64,000 bases of DNA from an uncultured Clostridia bacterium (GCA_964545975.1 CAZJHY010000001.1:24094-88093); one strand, 5' to 3'; positions 35,857-45,137 are shown, counted from the stretch's first letter. A program made the numbers and translations. The notes: a model not told the origin generated them from the sequence alone.

Positions 35857-37152
35857 GTGGCGGATTTCTGCTCGGAGGATATGGCAATGAACAAGATGAA
35901 ACAAGAGCATATTAGGGCTGGTAAAGGCGAAGTCCTTTTCTTCATTGTCCTCCTTGCCGCTTATTTTCTTACATACTTTTTCAGAGTGTCAGCCTCTGTG
36001 GTTATGCCCATGATTGCTTCTCAGTGGGGGCTTACTGCCACCATTACAGGGCTTCTTTCATCAATGTACTTCTATACATATGCCTTGATGCAACCGATAA
36101 GTGGCGTGCTTAACGACAGCTTCGGACCCTCCAGGGTAGTGTCGGCAGGACTGCTTGTCGCAGGATCGGGGGCTCTGCTGATGGCTTTCGCAAGAGGGGC
36201 TTTTATAATGGGACTGGGACGCCTTCTGACAGGGCTCGGTCTTGCGCCGATGCTGTCCGGAGCCCTTGTTTTCCAGGGCGCTGCCTTTAACCCGGAAAGG
36301 TATTCGACATATTCAGGACTAATTCTGTTCATCGGAAACTTGGGAGCGGTAAGCTCTGTGGTGCCTCTTCAGAAGGCGTTGGACGCATGGGGAAGAGAGA
36401 GCGTTTTCACTGGCATATTCCTTATCACGTTATTAATCGCAGCCTTGCTCATCATAGGAAGAGGGTTTGACAAGGTTGCAATTCGGAGCACAGGCAGAAA
36501 AACATCATTATTAGTTGCCATCAAAGGCCTTGGTCCAGCTTTTAAGGTAGTTTTCTCTTCGAGGCCACTAATTGCGATTACTTTCATATGGTGCGGTTCG
36601 ATGAGCGCGCTTATGTCCTTGCAAGGCTTATGGGCAGTGACATGGAGCAGGCAGATCTATGGATCGGGAGAAGGAGTTGCCGGTCTATGGGCAACCTTGA
36701 TAGGAGTAGGTGTAATGGCAGGAAGTCTTGCGGGTGCATCGGTTCTTATGAACAGGAAGCGACGCAGAATGGCTGTGGTGCAACTACAGGTTCTACTCCT
36801 GGCTTCATGGGCGGTTCTTCTTGCTGGCATGCACTATGTATTGCCATTCTGGTTCACTGCGGGAGTATGCTTTCTAATCGGAGCGATTGTTGGGTTCTTG
36901 CATACGCATCTTACCGCGGCAGTGAACGAGCTTGCTCCTGTAGGGCAGGGAGGTTCTGTGTTCGGGGCAGCTAACATGCTCATCTTCGGCTCTGTGATAA
37001 TCATGCAGTCATTAACCGGGGTAATCATAACGAGGATATCAGGAGGAAGCGGATACAGCTCTGAAGCATTCCTGGGAGCCTTTGGCATGGTAGGGTTAGT
37101 GTTGCTGCTAGGAATGCTTGCAGTACCAGCATTATTAAGTGAAGATAGATGA
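35857..37152 (+). CDS. MFS transporter
   Basis: Twelve-transmembrane-like hydrophobic profile with a G..LGRL loop. The start is ambiguous (GTG 35857, or an ATG at 35881 or 35887). Confidence 0.8.
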   Translation: MADFCSEDMAMNKMKQEHIRAGKGEVLFFIVLLAAYFLTYFFRVSASVVMPMIASQWGLTATITGLLSSMYFYTYALMQPISGVLNDSFGPSRVVSAGLLVAGSGALLMAFARGAFIMGLGRLLTGLGLAPMLSGALVFQGAAFNPERYSTYSGLILFIGNLGAVSSVVPLQKALDAWGRESVFTGIFLITLLIAALLIIGRGFDKVAIRSTGRKTSLLVAIKGLGPAFKVVFSSRPLIAITFIWCGSMSALMSLQGLWAVTWSRQIYGSGEGVAGLWATLIGVGVMAGSLAGASVLMNRKRRRMAVVQLQVLLLASWAVLLAGMHYVLPFWFTAGVCFLIGAIVGFLHTHLTAAVNELAPVGQGGSVFGAANMLIFGSVIIMQSLTGVIITRISGGSGYSSEAFLGAFGMVGLVLLLGMLAVPALLSEDR

Positions 37153-37651
37153 ATCTGCACAAGCGCTCCGCGTAAAGCAGCAACCATGATGCTAGTCAAT
37201 AATAGTGGAGTAATCGGCGATAAAATGGCTATCTGAGGGAGCAGAGACATGAAGAGGAGCATGAACTTCCGTGCTCAAGAAGTTCAGCTGGGTTCACCAG
37301 TCGAGGAAATATTCTAAAAATGCTAACCAGAGAGCATTTCTTAGGCGGAGACTGTGTTCGTAGGGATTCCTCCGGAAGGCATTTGTCCTGAAGTAATATT
37401 AATCAGGAAAACTCTAAGTTCAGGGAGGCACTTGAGGAGCCAGGCATGGATAGGGTCATGTTGCAGGATTCGTAATCCTATCAGAAGAATTCTGTAACCT
37501 ACCCGCCACTGCAAGATAATCCGCATGTATCGCTCTAAGGCAATAGAAGCAAGTGCAGGCTTCCTAGGAAAAAAGGCTAGCAATCACATGCGCATTCGTG
37601 GCGCCATTTAAGAGAAGAGGTCTTTGTGTGGCAGGGGAGAAAGGGAAGATC

Positions 37652-38182
37652 ATGGACAAAAACATTGAAGCTAAGTTAATTAAAAGGGCATTTGAAACAG
37701 GGTTCAATTATGAGAAGACTTATCGCGGGTGCGCACAGTGCACATTGGCAACTTTCTTCGACATTTCCGGGCACACGGATCCTGCACTTTTCAAAGCTGC
37801 AAGCGGTTTATCGGCCGGAATCGGAATCAATGGAGACGGTTCCTGTGGCGGATACACAGGAGGGGTGCTCTTCATGAGTTCGCTCGTTGGGCGCAGGCTT
37901 GATCGCATACCTATCGATAGAGACAGGGCAGCCCAGCTGAAATCCTATGAGATGGCGCAAAAGCTCCATGACAAGTTCATTGAGACTTATGGCAGCGTCA
38001 CTTGTGCTGAGATTCATAAGAGCATCTTCGGTAAGTCCTATTGCTTAAGGGAACCTGGAGTACTGGAAGCATTCGAAGAGGCGGGCGCCCATGTTGATAA
38101 GTGCACAACCGTTGTAGGGAATGCATGTGCCTGGGTGGCGAAAATTCTAATAGACGAAGGATTGCTCAATATCGAAGAATGA
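37652..38182 (+). CDS. C_GCAxxG_C_C-family putative redox-active protein
   Basis: The conserved Cys spacing of that family is present: YRGCAQCTL ... DGSCGGYTGG ... VTCAEI ... KCTTVVGNAC. Start is ATG 37652 after GGGGAGAAAGGGAAG. Confidence 0.55.
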   Translation: MDKNIEAKLIKRAFETGFNYEKTYRGCAQCTLATFFDISGHTDPALFKAASGLSAGIGINGDGSCGGYTGGVLFMSSLVGRRLDRIPIDRDRAAQLKSYEMAQKLHDKFIETYGSVTCAEIHKSIFGKSYCLREPGVLEAFEEAGAHVDKCTTVVGNACAWVAKILIDEGLLNIEE

Positions 38183-38567
38183 TGCCCTGGGTGTTCCAAT
38201 TTACCTCGAGCAATACTGGCTTCGTCATTCTGAATTGCCCTCATGCGAGAATTCCCATTTATGAGGTTTGAGGTGGATTTCCATTTGGTGAGGCTCGGGC
38301 ATATCTTCAGTGGCAGAGTGCAGAAGGCAAAGCGCCTTATTGTTGTTGTCCTGCTAGGCGCGGACGATGACCATCTTTCTGCTGATTGGCCAACTAAAGG
38401 TAAGGGGAACGCAGGTCATATTGTTGAATGCAGAAATGCACGGAAATCTCTGTGCCGTTTAGCTAACAATGGAAACCGGTTCATTAGCAATACCTGTATA
38501 AAGGGAATGGCTATGATGACGTAGAAGATACCCACATATGAAGGATGATAGCTAAGGAGATGTTTAT

Positions 38568-39245
38568 ATGAAGCTTTTGAGAGCGTCTAAGATCCTACTT
38601 GTGATGATAATACTAGTTATGCTTTCCGGGTGTTTAAATGCCAGCTACTATTTCAATTTTGCAGATGAGCAGTCTGTTTCGAATGCCGAGGGCGAATGGT
38701 TGCTGCAGGGGGAGGGCCTCACCGGGTTCAATGCTTTCGGGATTTATGTAAACGGAGTGTGTCTAACATCCCCTTTGAAATTCGCAGGAGACTTCTCGGT
38801 AACAGCCAACTTCTGGCTTGGAGTTACTGCCGAGTATCCGGGTTATGTTGGGGTCGTGCTCTCTGATTTGCCCTTCGAGGGATTACCCGGAAATTGGTTG
38901 GACATCGAATTCTTAGACTTAGCCACAGATAACGAGACGCTCAGGATAACAGACAGCGACGGTACTGAGTTATTCACCCATGCGGATGCATTAGGCGAGA
39001 TAAAGGCATTGAACAAAGGTCATTGGAACAAGCTGGAGGTCAGTAAGAAAGGCAATAGGATCACCCTGAGCGTGAACTCGAGAAGGCTTTCTGCGTTCGA
39101 CATTGTTTATTGCTCGGCTGACTACCTGTACTTAAATATCGTATCTGAGTCAAGTTCCGTAGAGGATCCAACCGACCCATCGCTTGGCTTCATACTAAAA
39201 GATGTGAAGGTCGATTACATGGAAGGACAGGCCGCAACTTTGTAA
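38568..39245 (+). CDS. Predicted lipoprotein of unknown function (possibly a concanavalin/LamG-like fold)
   Basis: The signal peptide carries a lipobox (VMLSGC), and the gene has an AAGGAG ribosome-binding site. The fold guess comes from ...HWNKLEVSKKGNRITLSVN... and is weak. Confidence 0.55.
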   Translation: MKLLRASKILLVMIILVMLSGCLNASYYFNFADEQSVSNAEGEWLLQGEGLTGFNAFGIYVNGVCLTSPLKFAGDFSVTANFWLGVTAEYPGYVGVVLSDLPFEGLPGNWLDIEFLDLATDNETLRITDSDGTELFTHADALGEIKALNKGHWNKLEVSKKGNRITLSVNSRRLSAFDIVYCSADYLYLNIVSESSSVEDPTDPSLGFILKDVKVDYMEGQAATL

Positions 39246-39278
39246 GAGCCCCGTTCAAGATACTGAGAACGAAAGCTT

Positions 39279-39311
39279 ACCGGCCCTCCTAAGCAGGGCC
39301 GGTTTCTTGTT
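39279..39311 (+). terminator. Rho-independent terminator
   Basis: ACCGGCCCT-CCTAAGC-AGGGCCGGT followed by TTCTTGTT. Confidence 0.8.
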
Positions 39312-39590
39312 AAGATCGCACAAGATTTTCCCTTGGTAGGACCAAGGCGGGAAGCTTTCTGCGATCAAGCAGTCAAATGATTGTTGTAATCGCCAGCGCG
39401 CGGCCTTCAGGCTATTTAAGTGCAGATATATGAAGTTGACTGAAATGAGTCTGGAATAATTGTTTGCTGATATGAGTATGTGAAATAAATATTTATGTTT
39501 GAGAAGCGCGAAATATGGTGTAGGATTTAGTTGGTTGTCATACCATCATACAAAGCAAGCCTAAATGCTAATGAAGGTTATGGTGGAACG

Positions 39591-40286
39591 ATGAGGATAC
39601 AGCCAATAGAACGTAGTACCCTGCCGGATGCCATTATCGAGCGGATTAAAGGAATGATCATCGACGGGAATCTCAAACCCGGCGACAAGCTCCCTCCCGA
39701 AAGGGATCTGGCTGCCAGCATGCAAGTAGGGAGAGCCACTGTAAGGGAGGCTCTAAAGGCGTTATCTTCAATCGGTCTCCTGCAAAGAAGCACCGAAGGG
39801 ACATATATAAAAGAGAAGATCGAGTACTTCCAGCAACCTCTTACATACAGCCTAATAATGGACCACATAACGCTCAAGGAGCTAATCGAGGCTAGAAGGA
39901 TACTTGAAGTCAAGATTTCTGAATTGGCAGCATTAAGGGCTACTGACGAAGAAATCGCTGGCATAGAAGATGCTGTTATGATACAGAAGATGCACCCGAG
40001 AGATACAGATTACCTCTTCTATGAGGCCGACTTGAAGTTTCATCTGACATTAGCAGCTGCTGCAAAGAATAGGGTTCTCAGCGAGACCATTGTCTGTACA
40101 AGGCATTTGTTGTTTAAGGCGCAGCAGGCAGTGGGTAAACTCCCGGGAATGACAGATAAAGCCCTAGTTAGTCATTCAGCCCTCTTGGAAGCAATCAAGA
40201 GCAAAGATGCCGAGAAGGCCAGAAGCGTAATGGAAGATCATATAGATGACGTGGAAGAAGGCTTCAGGAAGCTCAACTTGATTTAG
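39591..40286 (+). CDS. GntR-family regulator, FadR subfamily (FCD domain)
   Basis: Winged-helix motif KLPPERDLAASMQVGRATVREALKAL, followed by an all-helical C-terminal domain. Start is ATG 39591. Confidence 0.88.
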   Translation: MRIQPIERSTLPDAIIERIKGMIIDGNLKPGDKLPPERDLAASMQVGRATVREALKALSSIGLLQRSTEGTYIKEKIEYFQQPLTYSLIMDHITLKELIEARRILEVKISELAALRATDEEIAGIEDAVMIQKMHPRDTDYLFYEADLKFHLTLAAAAKNRVLSETIVCTRHLLFKAQQAVGKLPGMTDKALVSHSALLEAIKSKDAEKARSVMEDHIDDVEEGFRKLNLI

Positions 40287-40321
40287 TTGGCGATTGGCCT
40301 TCTTTTCTATTTGGGTTCATC

Positions 40322-40335
40322 ATTGGTAGGACAAT
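40322..40335. promoter_or_regulatory. Candidate FadR-subfamily (PdhR/LldR-type) operator
   Basis: ATTGGT-AGG-ACAAT resembles the ATTGGTnnnACCAAT box with one base missing. A second ATTGG occurs 14 nt downstream. The site is about 150 nt upstream of the operon start. Confidence 0.3.
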
Positions 40336-40482
40336 GCGACCATTGGCAATCGCTACAAAAAAGCCATGACTGATGCTGAAGCATAATGAAAATGCTAAGA
40401 CTATTGCGAGTAGCGAGATACCATTAATAGCAATAGATAGGGGCAAGAACCGAACATTCCATCTTGTTAGGAGGAATATCAG

Positions 40483-41451
40483 ATGAGTGGGATCAAGAAA
40501 GTGCTCGTTACAGACTACGTATTCCCCAACTTAGATCCGGAGAAGGCGATCATTGGAGCTGCTGGCGGAGAAGTCATATTCGCCGGAAAAGACGCCGATG
40601 ATGCCAAGATCTTGGAGCTTGCCAAGGACGCGGATGCAATCCTCAACTGCTACAAGAAGATACCTGCCGAGCTTTACTCAACTGCAAGTAAGTGCAAGCT
40701 CATCGTAAGATACGGCATCGGCACAGACACCATAGACATCCCAGAGGCCACGAAGCACCATATTGCGGTGAGCAATATGCCCGACTATTGCATAGACGAG
40801 GTTTCAGACCACGCTTTGACACTCATACTAAGCAGCATAAGGAAGATCACCACTGCCAACAAGCTTATCAAGAGCGGAACTTGGAGCCTCGGTCCTTTGA
40901 AGCCGATAAGAAGACTTAAGACCCTCACGCTTGGTTTGCACGGCTTCGGCCGCATCCCGAGGATGGTAGCTGAGAAGGCGAAGTCATTCGGGTTTAAGAT
41001 CATCGCCTGCGATCCGTACATTAGCAAGGAGTTGGCCGATAAGATGGGAGTCCAGACGGTAAGCTTCGATGAGCTTTGCGCAATGTCGGACGTCATATCG
41101 ATACATGCCCCCCTTACGAAGGAGACCAGCGAGATATTCAACGGAGAAGCTTTTGCAAAGATGAAAGACGGTGTAGTGATAGTTAACACAGCAAGAGGCG
41201 GGCTTATAAAAGAAGCCGACCTGGTTGAGGCACTTAAGTCTGGCAAAGTCGGGGCTGCTGGCTTAGACGTAACCAATCCCGAGCCACCGGCAAAGAACAA
41301 TCCGCTATTCGACTTCGATAATGTGACCTTCACACCGCATGAGGCATGGTATAGCGAGGAAGCGTTGGTAGAGCTACAGAACAAGGCAGCTGGCGAAATT
41401 GCCCGCTCACTTAAGGGAGAACCTCTCAAGTACCAACTCAATAAGCTCTAG
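40483..41451 (+). CDS. D-isomer-specific 2-hydroxyacid dehydrogenase family (NAD-binding)
   Basis: Motifs GLHGFGRIPRMVAEKA and IHAPLT, plus the catalytic R/E/H context (NTARGGLI, TPHEAW). Confidence 0.88.
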   Translation: MSGIKKVLVTDYVFPNLDPEKAIIGAAGGEVIFAGKDADDAKILELAKDADAILNCYKKIPAELYSTASKCKLIVRYGIGTDTIDIPEATKHHIAVSNMPDYCIDEVSDHALTLILSSIRKITTANKLIKSGTWSLGPLKPIRRLKTLTLGLHGFGRIPRMVAEKAKSFGFKIIACDPYISKELADKMGVQTVSFDELCAMSDVISIHAPLTKETSEIFNGEAFAKMKDGVVIVNTARGGLIKEADLVEALKSGKVGAAGLDVTNPEPPAKNNPLFDFDNVTFTPHEAWYSEEALVELQNKAAGEIARSLKGEPLKYQLNKL

Positions 41452-41462
41452 GAAGGGTGCAG

Positions 41463-42677
41463 ATGTATAAGACTGCCTGGAGAATTGCGCCTAGGGAGTA
41501 TCCCGGGGTGCCCAATATTAGAGAGGCCGTCAAAGAAGCTCTAAGGAAGCCTTTGGGGATTGGCCTTGCTGAACTGGTCAAGCCTGGCAACAAAGTAGCG
41601 ATTGCCGTGGATGATCTTACCAGGCCTACACCACAGGCGGAGCTTCTACCCGTCATCCTAGATGAGCTGGCAATGCTGGGCATCGACGAAAAGGACATAA
41701 CAATTATCATCGGGCTCGGTGCGCACAGGCGCATGAGCAAGGCAGAGATCGAGACCCGTTTCGGGGCTGCAGCGCAGAGGGTAGGCGCAATAATCAACCA
41801 CGATGTGGAAGACTGTATAGCGATAGGAAGGACCTCAACGGGTGGCGATATTGCCGTTAATAGGATTTTCTGTGAGGCTGATGCCAAAATTGCGGTTGGT
41901 TGCATTCTGCCCCACATATATGCGGGGTGGAGCGGCGGCGCAAAAATGATTCAACCTGGAATATCCAGCGTGAAGACCACAACGCACGTACACAGAATTG
42001 CCAATTTGCACCTTTACGAGATACTCGGCAATACCGAGAACCTCGTGAGAATTGAAATGGAACAGATAGCAGCACTTGCTGGTCTGAAATTCATTATCAA
42101 TGTCGTGCTCAATGACAAAAACGAAGTTATCGCCGTCGTCGCTGGGGACACAGTGGAGGCTCACAGGAAGGGCGTCGGCAAAGCCGAGAAGGTTTACGGT
42201 TGGAACGGCTTGAAACCCGTGGACGTAGCGGTAGCGTACGCACCTGGTGTAGCAACAGACCTCTGGCAAAGCGCAAAGAGCCTTACGGTCGGTGCGATGG
42301 CAATCAAGCAGGGTGGAACTGTGGTGCTAGTCGCAGCCTGCCCCGAGGGGATTGCGCCTGGGCACCCGATAATAAAGGAATTGGGAACAGCCTCTTTCGA
42401 AGAGGTGCTGTACAAGGTAGATAATGGGCTCTTGGAAGATACGGTAGGGGCGTTGGTCCATATGACCATAGCCAAATGCCGGGAAAAAGGCAGGGTGATA
42501 CTAGTGTCATCCGGCATATCAAAACAAGAGGCAACCTGTCTGGGAATGGAGTCAGCAGCCGATGTGGAAGAGGCATTGAGAATGGCCGTCAGCCGTTACA
42601 ATGTTGCGCCTGAGGTCGGCTTCATAGAGTGCGCTGGCGAGTTGTCTATTTCAATTAAGGAGGAATACTGCAAATGA
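41463..42677 (+). CDS. LarA-like nickel-pincer-cofactor-dependent 2-hydroxyacid racemase/epimerase homolog (DUF2088)
   Basis: Motifs VDDLTRPTP, GLGAHRRM and LPHIYAGWSGGAK. These carry His and Lys at the positions recalled for the LarA catalytic His residues and the cofactor-tethering Lys. Start is ATG 41463 or GTG 41457. Confidence 0.8.
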   Translation: MYKTAWRIAPREYPGVPNIREAVKEALRKPLGIGLAELVKPGNKVAIAVDDLTRPTPQAELLPVILDELAMLGIDEKDITIIIGLGAHRRMSKAEIETRFGAAAQRVGAIINHDVEDCIAIGRTSTGGDIAVNRIFCEADAKIAVGCILPHIYAGWSGGAKMIQPGISSVKTTTHVHRIANLHLYEILGNTENLVRIEMEQIAALAGLKFIINVVLNDKNEVIAVVAGDTVEAHRKGVGKAEKVYGWNGLKPVDVAVAYAPGVATDLWQSAKSLTVGAMAIKQGGTVVLVAACPEGIAPGHPIIKELGTASFEEVLYKVDNGLLEDTVGALVHMTIAKCREKGRVILVSSGISKQEATCLGMESAADVEEALRMAVSRYNVAPEVGFIECAGELSISIKEEYCK

Positions 42678-43924
42678 GCGAATGGAAAAAGGAAGAGCTA
42701 AACGGCAAACCTTGGTTCGACAATGAGAAATTCTGGGGATCCCCGCATAACTACTCGCCCAGTATCACGAAGCTTCTACCTAAGAGCGTCTATATCCATG
42801 ACGTGACTCTCCGGGACGGCGAGCAGACCCCGGGAGTGGCATTCAAAGCTGACGAAAGAATAGTTATCGCCGAAGCCCTTAACGAATTGGGAGTGGCGAG
42901 AATCGAAGCCGGGATGCCCATAGTCTCCAAGGATATCGCCAACGGCATAAAGAAGCTCGTCAATATGAACCTCAAGTCGCAGGTAGTCGCCTTCGCCAGA
43001 GCACATAAGGACGACATCAATGCCTCTCTCGACTGTGGTGTTAAGGCAATCGTAGTAGAGCATACAGTAAACCCGTACCTTTGCAGATGGGGCTATGACC
43101 TCACAGAGGACAAGGTAATCGAGAGGCTCATCACCAGCGTCAGGATGGCTAAGGACAATGGTCTGCATACAACGTTCATGGGTTGGGACTTCTTCAGAGC
43201 CCCGCTCGATTTCTCCAAGAAGATCTACACAGAAGTAGTCAAGAACGCACATCCCGACGCCCTTACATTAGTAGACACCCTCGGCGTTGCCACACCGGCA
43301 GCAGTCCAGGAGACCTTCGTCGAGTTCAGGAAGATGTTCCCCGATATGGTGCTTGAGTTCCACGTGCATAACGACTATGGTATGGCAGTAGGCGCAGTCC
43401 TCGCAGCAGTGATTGGCGGCGCAAACGGCATCCACACCGCAATGAACGGCATAGGCGAGAGGACCGGCAACGTTGCGACAGAGGAAGTCTGTATGGCCCT
43501 TGAAATGCTCTGGGGCATAAAGACCGGCGTAGACACCACCAAGTTCATGTATGTCAGCAAGATAGTGGAGGAGATCTCCAAGTTCAAGCTCGCCAAGAAC
43601 AAGCCCATAGTCGGCGAACACCTCTTCGATATCGAATCCGGCGTTGTTACCCATATCGTCAACGAGATGAATAAGCAGGGCTTCAAGCCTGTTATGACAC
43701 CGTTCACACCCGAAATGGTTAATCAGAAGCCCGTCCGTTTCGTCCTTGGCAAGGGATCAGGAAAGGTCACCATTCTACAGCATTTGGACAAGCTTGGTAT
43801 CAAGTGCACTGATGAGCAGGCAGACGAGATAACCGAAGAAGTCAAGGCCTACGGAAGAGTCATGAAGGCTCTACTCAGCGATGACGACCTCGTAAGAATA
43901 ACTAAGCGCATCCTGGCAAAGTAA
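42674..43924 (+). CDS. HMGL-like / 2-isopropylmalate-homocitrate-citramalate synthase family (DRE-TIM metallolyase) protein
   Basis: Motifs HDVTLRDGEQTPG and HVHNDYGMAV...NGIGERTGN. It has no LeuA-type C-terminal regulatory domain. Its start forms an ATGA overlap with the LarA-like gene. Confidence 0.85.
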   Translation: MSEWKKEELNGKPWFDNEKFWGSPHNYSPSITKLLPKSVYIHDVTLRDGEQTPGVAFKADERIVIAEALNELGVARIEAGMPIVSKDIANGIKKLVNMNLKSQVVAFARAHKDDINASLDCGVKAIVVEHTVNPYLCRWGYDLTEDKVIERLITSVRMAKDNGLHTTFMGWDFFRAPLDFSKKIYTEVVKNAHPDALTLVDTLGVATPAAVQETFVEFRKMFPDMVLEFHVHNDYGMAVGAVLAAVIGGANGIHTAMNGIGERTGNVATEEVCMALEMLWGIKTGVDTTKFMYVSKIVEEISKFKLAKNKPIVGEHLFDIESGVVTHIVNEMNKQGFKPVMTPFTPEMVNQKPVRFVLGKGSGKVTILQHLDKLGIKCTDEQADEITEEVKAYGRVMKALLSDDDLVRITKRILAK

Positions 43925-43959
43925 GGGTCCAGCTAAAAAAGAAAGGAGTCTAAAAAAGA

Positions 43960-45099
43960 ATGAAGCTGAACAGAATTCTAGTTGCATTCTCAATCCTGGC
44001 GCTAATGATGGTAGCGACAGTAGGAGCAGCAGCTCCGAAGACTTACAAAATCGCCCATCTATCGCCACTGACCGGCTCCGCATCATCCTACGGCTACTAC
44101 ATGGTAAACGCCGCCAAGATGGCCGTTGAGGAAATCAACGCCAAAGGTGGAGTCAACGGAGTAATGCTGGAGTACATGGAAATCGATGAGACTTCCAACT
44201 CGGCTCAAGCCATTGACGCAGCTTACAAGGCAGTCGCATGGGATCCGCTAGTAATACTAGGCCCCAACCGCTCCGGCGGTGTACTTGCCGCAGAGTTCGT
44301 ATGGAAAGAGGCCAAGATCCCCACAATAACCGACGGAACGAGCGCTGAGACAACTAGGAAGGGCAACCCCTATACTTTCAGGATGCAGATCTCCTCTGAG
44401 TATTGGATCCCGTTGCTCGTCCGTACGGCCGTTGAAGTATACAAGTCGAAGAAGATTGCCGTCATGTACGGCCTCAATGACTATTCCAAGGCCAACTGGG
44501 TTGCCACTGAACCCGCGATGAAGAAGTACGGCATCACCCCAGTAACGGTTCAGACGTTCAACGACGGCGACCAGGACTTCACAGCCCAGCTGCTGAAGGT
44601 AAAGGCCTCCGGCGCCGATGCTCTGTTCGTATACTCCTACACGCCTGAAATCGGCATGATCCTCAAGCAGAGGGCCGAGCTTGGTATGCCTAACCTGCTC
44701 GTATTCAGCGAGCGCGCGGCAAGCGTCCCCTCAGTTGAGGACCTCGCTGGCACCAAGAACTATGAGGGTCTCGTCTGCACAACCACCCTGTCCCCCGGAG
44801 ACCCAAGGCCAGGCGTGCAGAAGTTCATTAAGGACTACGAAGCCAAGTATAAGCACATCGTATCCTCGACGCATATCAATCACTACGACTCCGTATACAT
44901 CGTAGCTGACATTATCAAGAGGGTCGGTCCCGACCGTGAGAAGATCAGGCAGGAACTCGCCAAGCTGGATTACGTAGGCGTACTAGGCCACTATGTAGCC
45001 GATAAGGAAGGCAACTTCGTACACACCATGTACACCCAGGTCCGCGAGAACGGCAAGTGGAAGCTGCTCTTGACGGAGGAGTATCCGGTAGTAAGGTAG
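43960..45099 (+). CDS. ABC transporter substrate-binding protein (Leu/Ile/Val-binding family, second system)
   Basis: Signal peptide followed by YKIAHLSPLTGSASSYG. Confidence 0.9.
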   Translation: MKLNRILVAFSILALMMVATVGAAAPKTYKIAHLSPLTGSASSYGYYMVNAAKMAVEEINAKGGVNGVMLEYMEIDETSNSAQAIDAAYKAVAWDPLVILGPNRSGGVLAAEFVWKEAKIPTITDGTSAETTRKGNPYTFRMQISSEYWIPLLVRTAVEVYKSKKIAVMYGLNDYSKANWVATEPAMKKYGITPVTVQTFNDGDQDFTAQLLKVKASGADALFVYSYTPEIGMILKQRAELGMPNLLVFSERAASVPSVEDLAGTKNYEGLVCTTTLSPGDPRPGVQKFIKDYEAKYKHIVSSTHINHYDSVYIVADIIKRVGPDREKIRQELAKLDYVGVLGHYVADKEGNFVHTMYTQVRENGKWKLLLTEEYPVVR

Positions 45100-45113
45100 T
45101 CTAGTAACAGTCG

Positions 45114-45137
45114 CCCGGCGCGGGTAACCGCGCCGGG
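45114..45137 (+). promoter_or_regulatory. Intercistronic perfect 10-bp GC hairpin with a GTAA tetraloop after the substrate-binding protein gene
   Basis: CCCGGCGCGG-GTAA-CCGCGCCGGG, located between the stop at 45099 and the permease ribosome-binding site AAGGAGG (45154-45160). Confidence 0.6.

Noticed and set aside
37341-37583. An 80-aa minus-strand ORF in the long gap after the MFS gene, considered as a possible transposase or intron remnant.
   Set aside because: There is no recognisable motif, no ribosome-binding site and no flanking inverted repeats. I kept it only as part of the observation on the AT-rich region.
38243-38524. A 93-aa plus-strand ORF between the C_GCAxxG_C_C gene and the lipoprotein gene.
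   Set aside because: It has no ribosome-binding site, an atypical composition and no recognisable domain. Coding status is unsupported.
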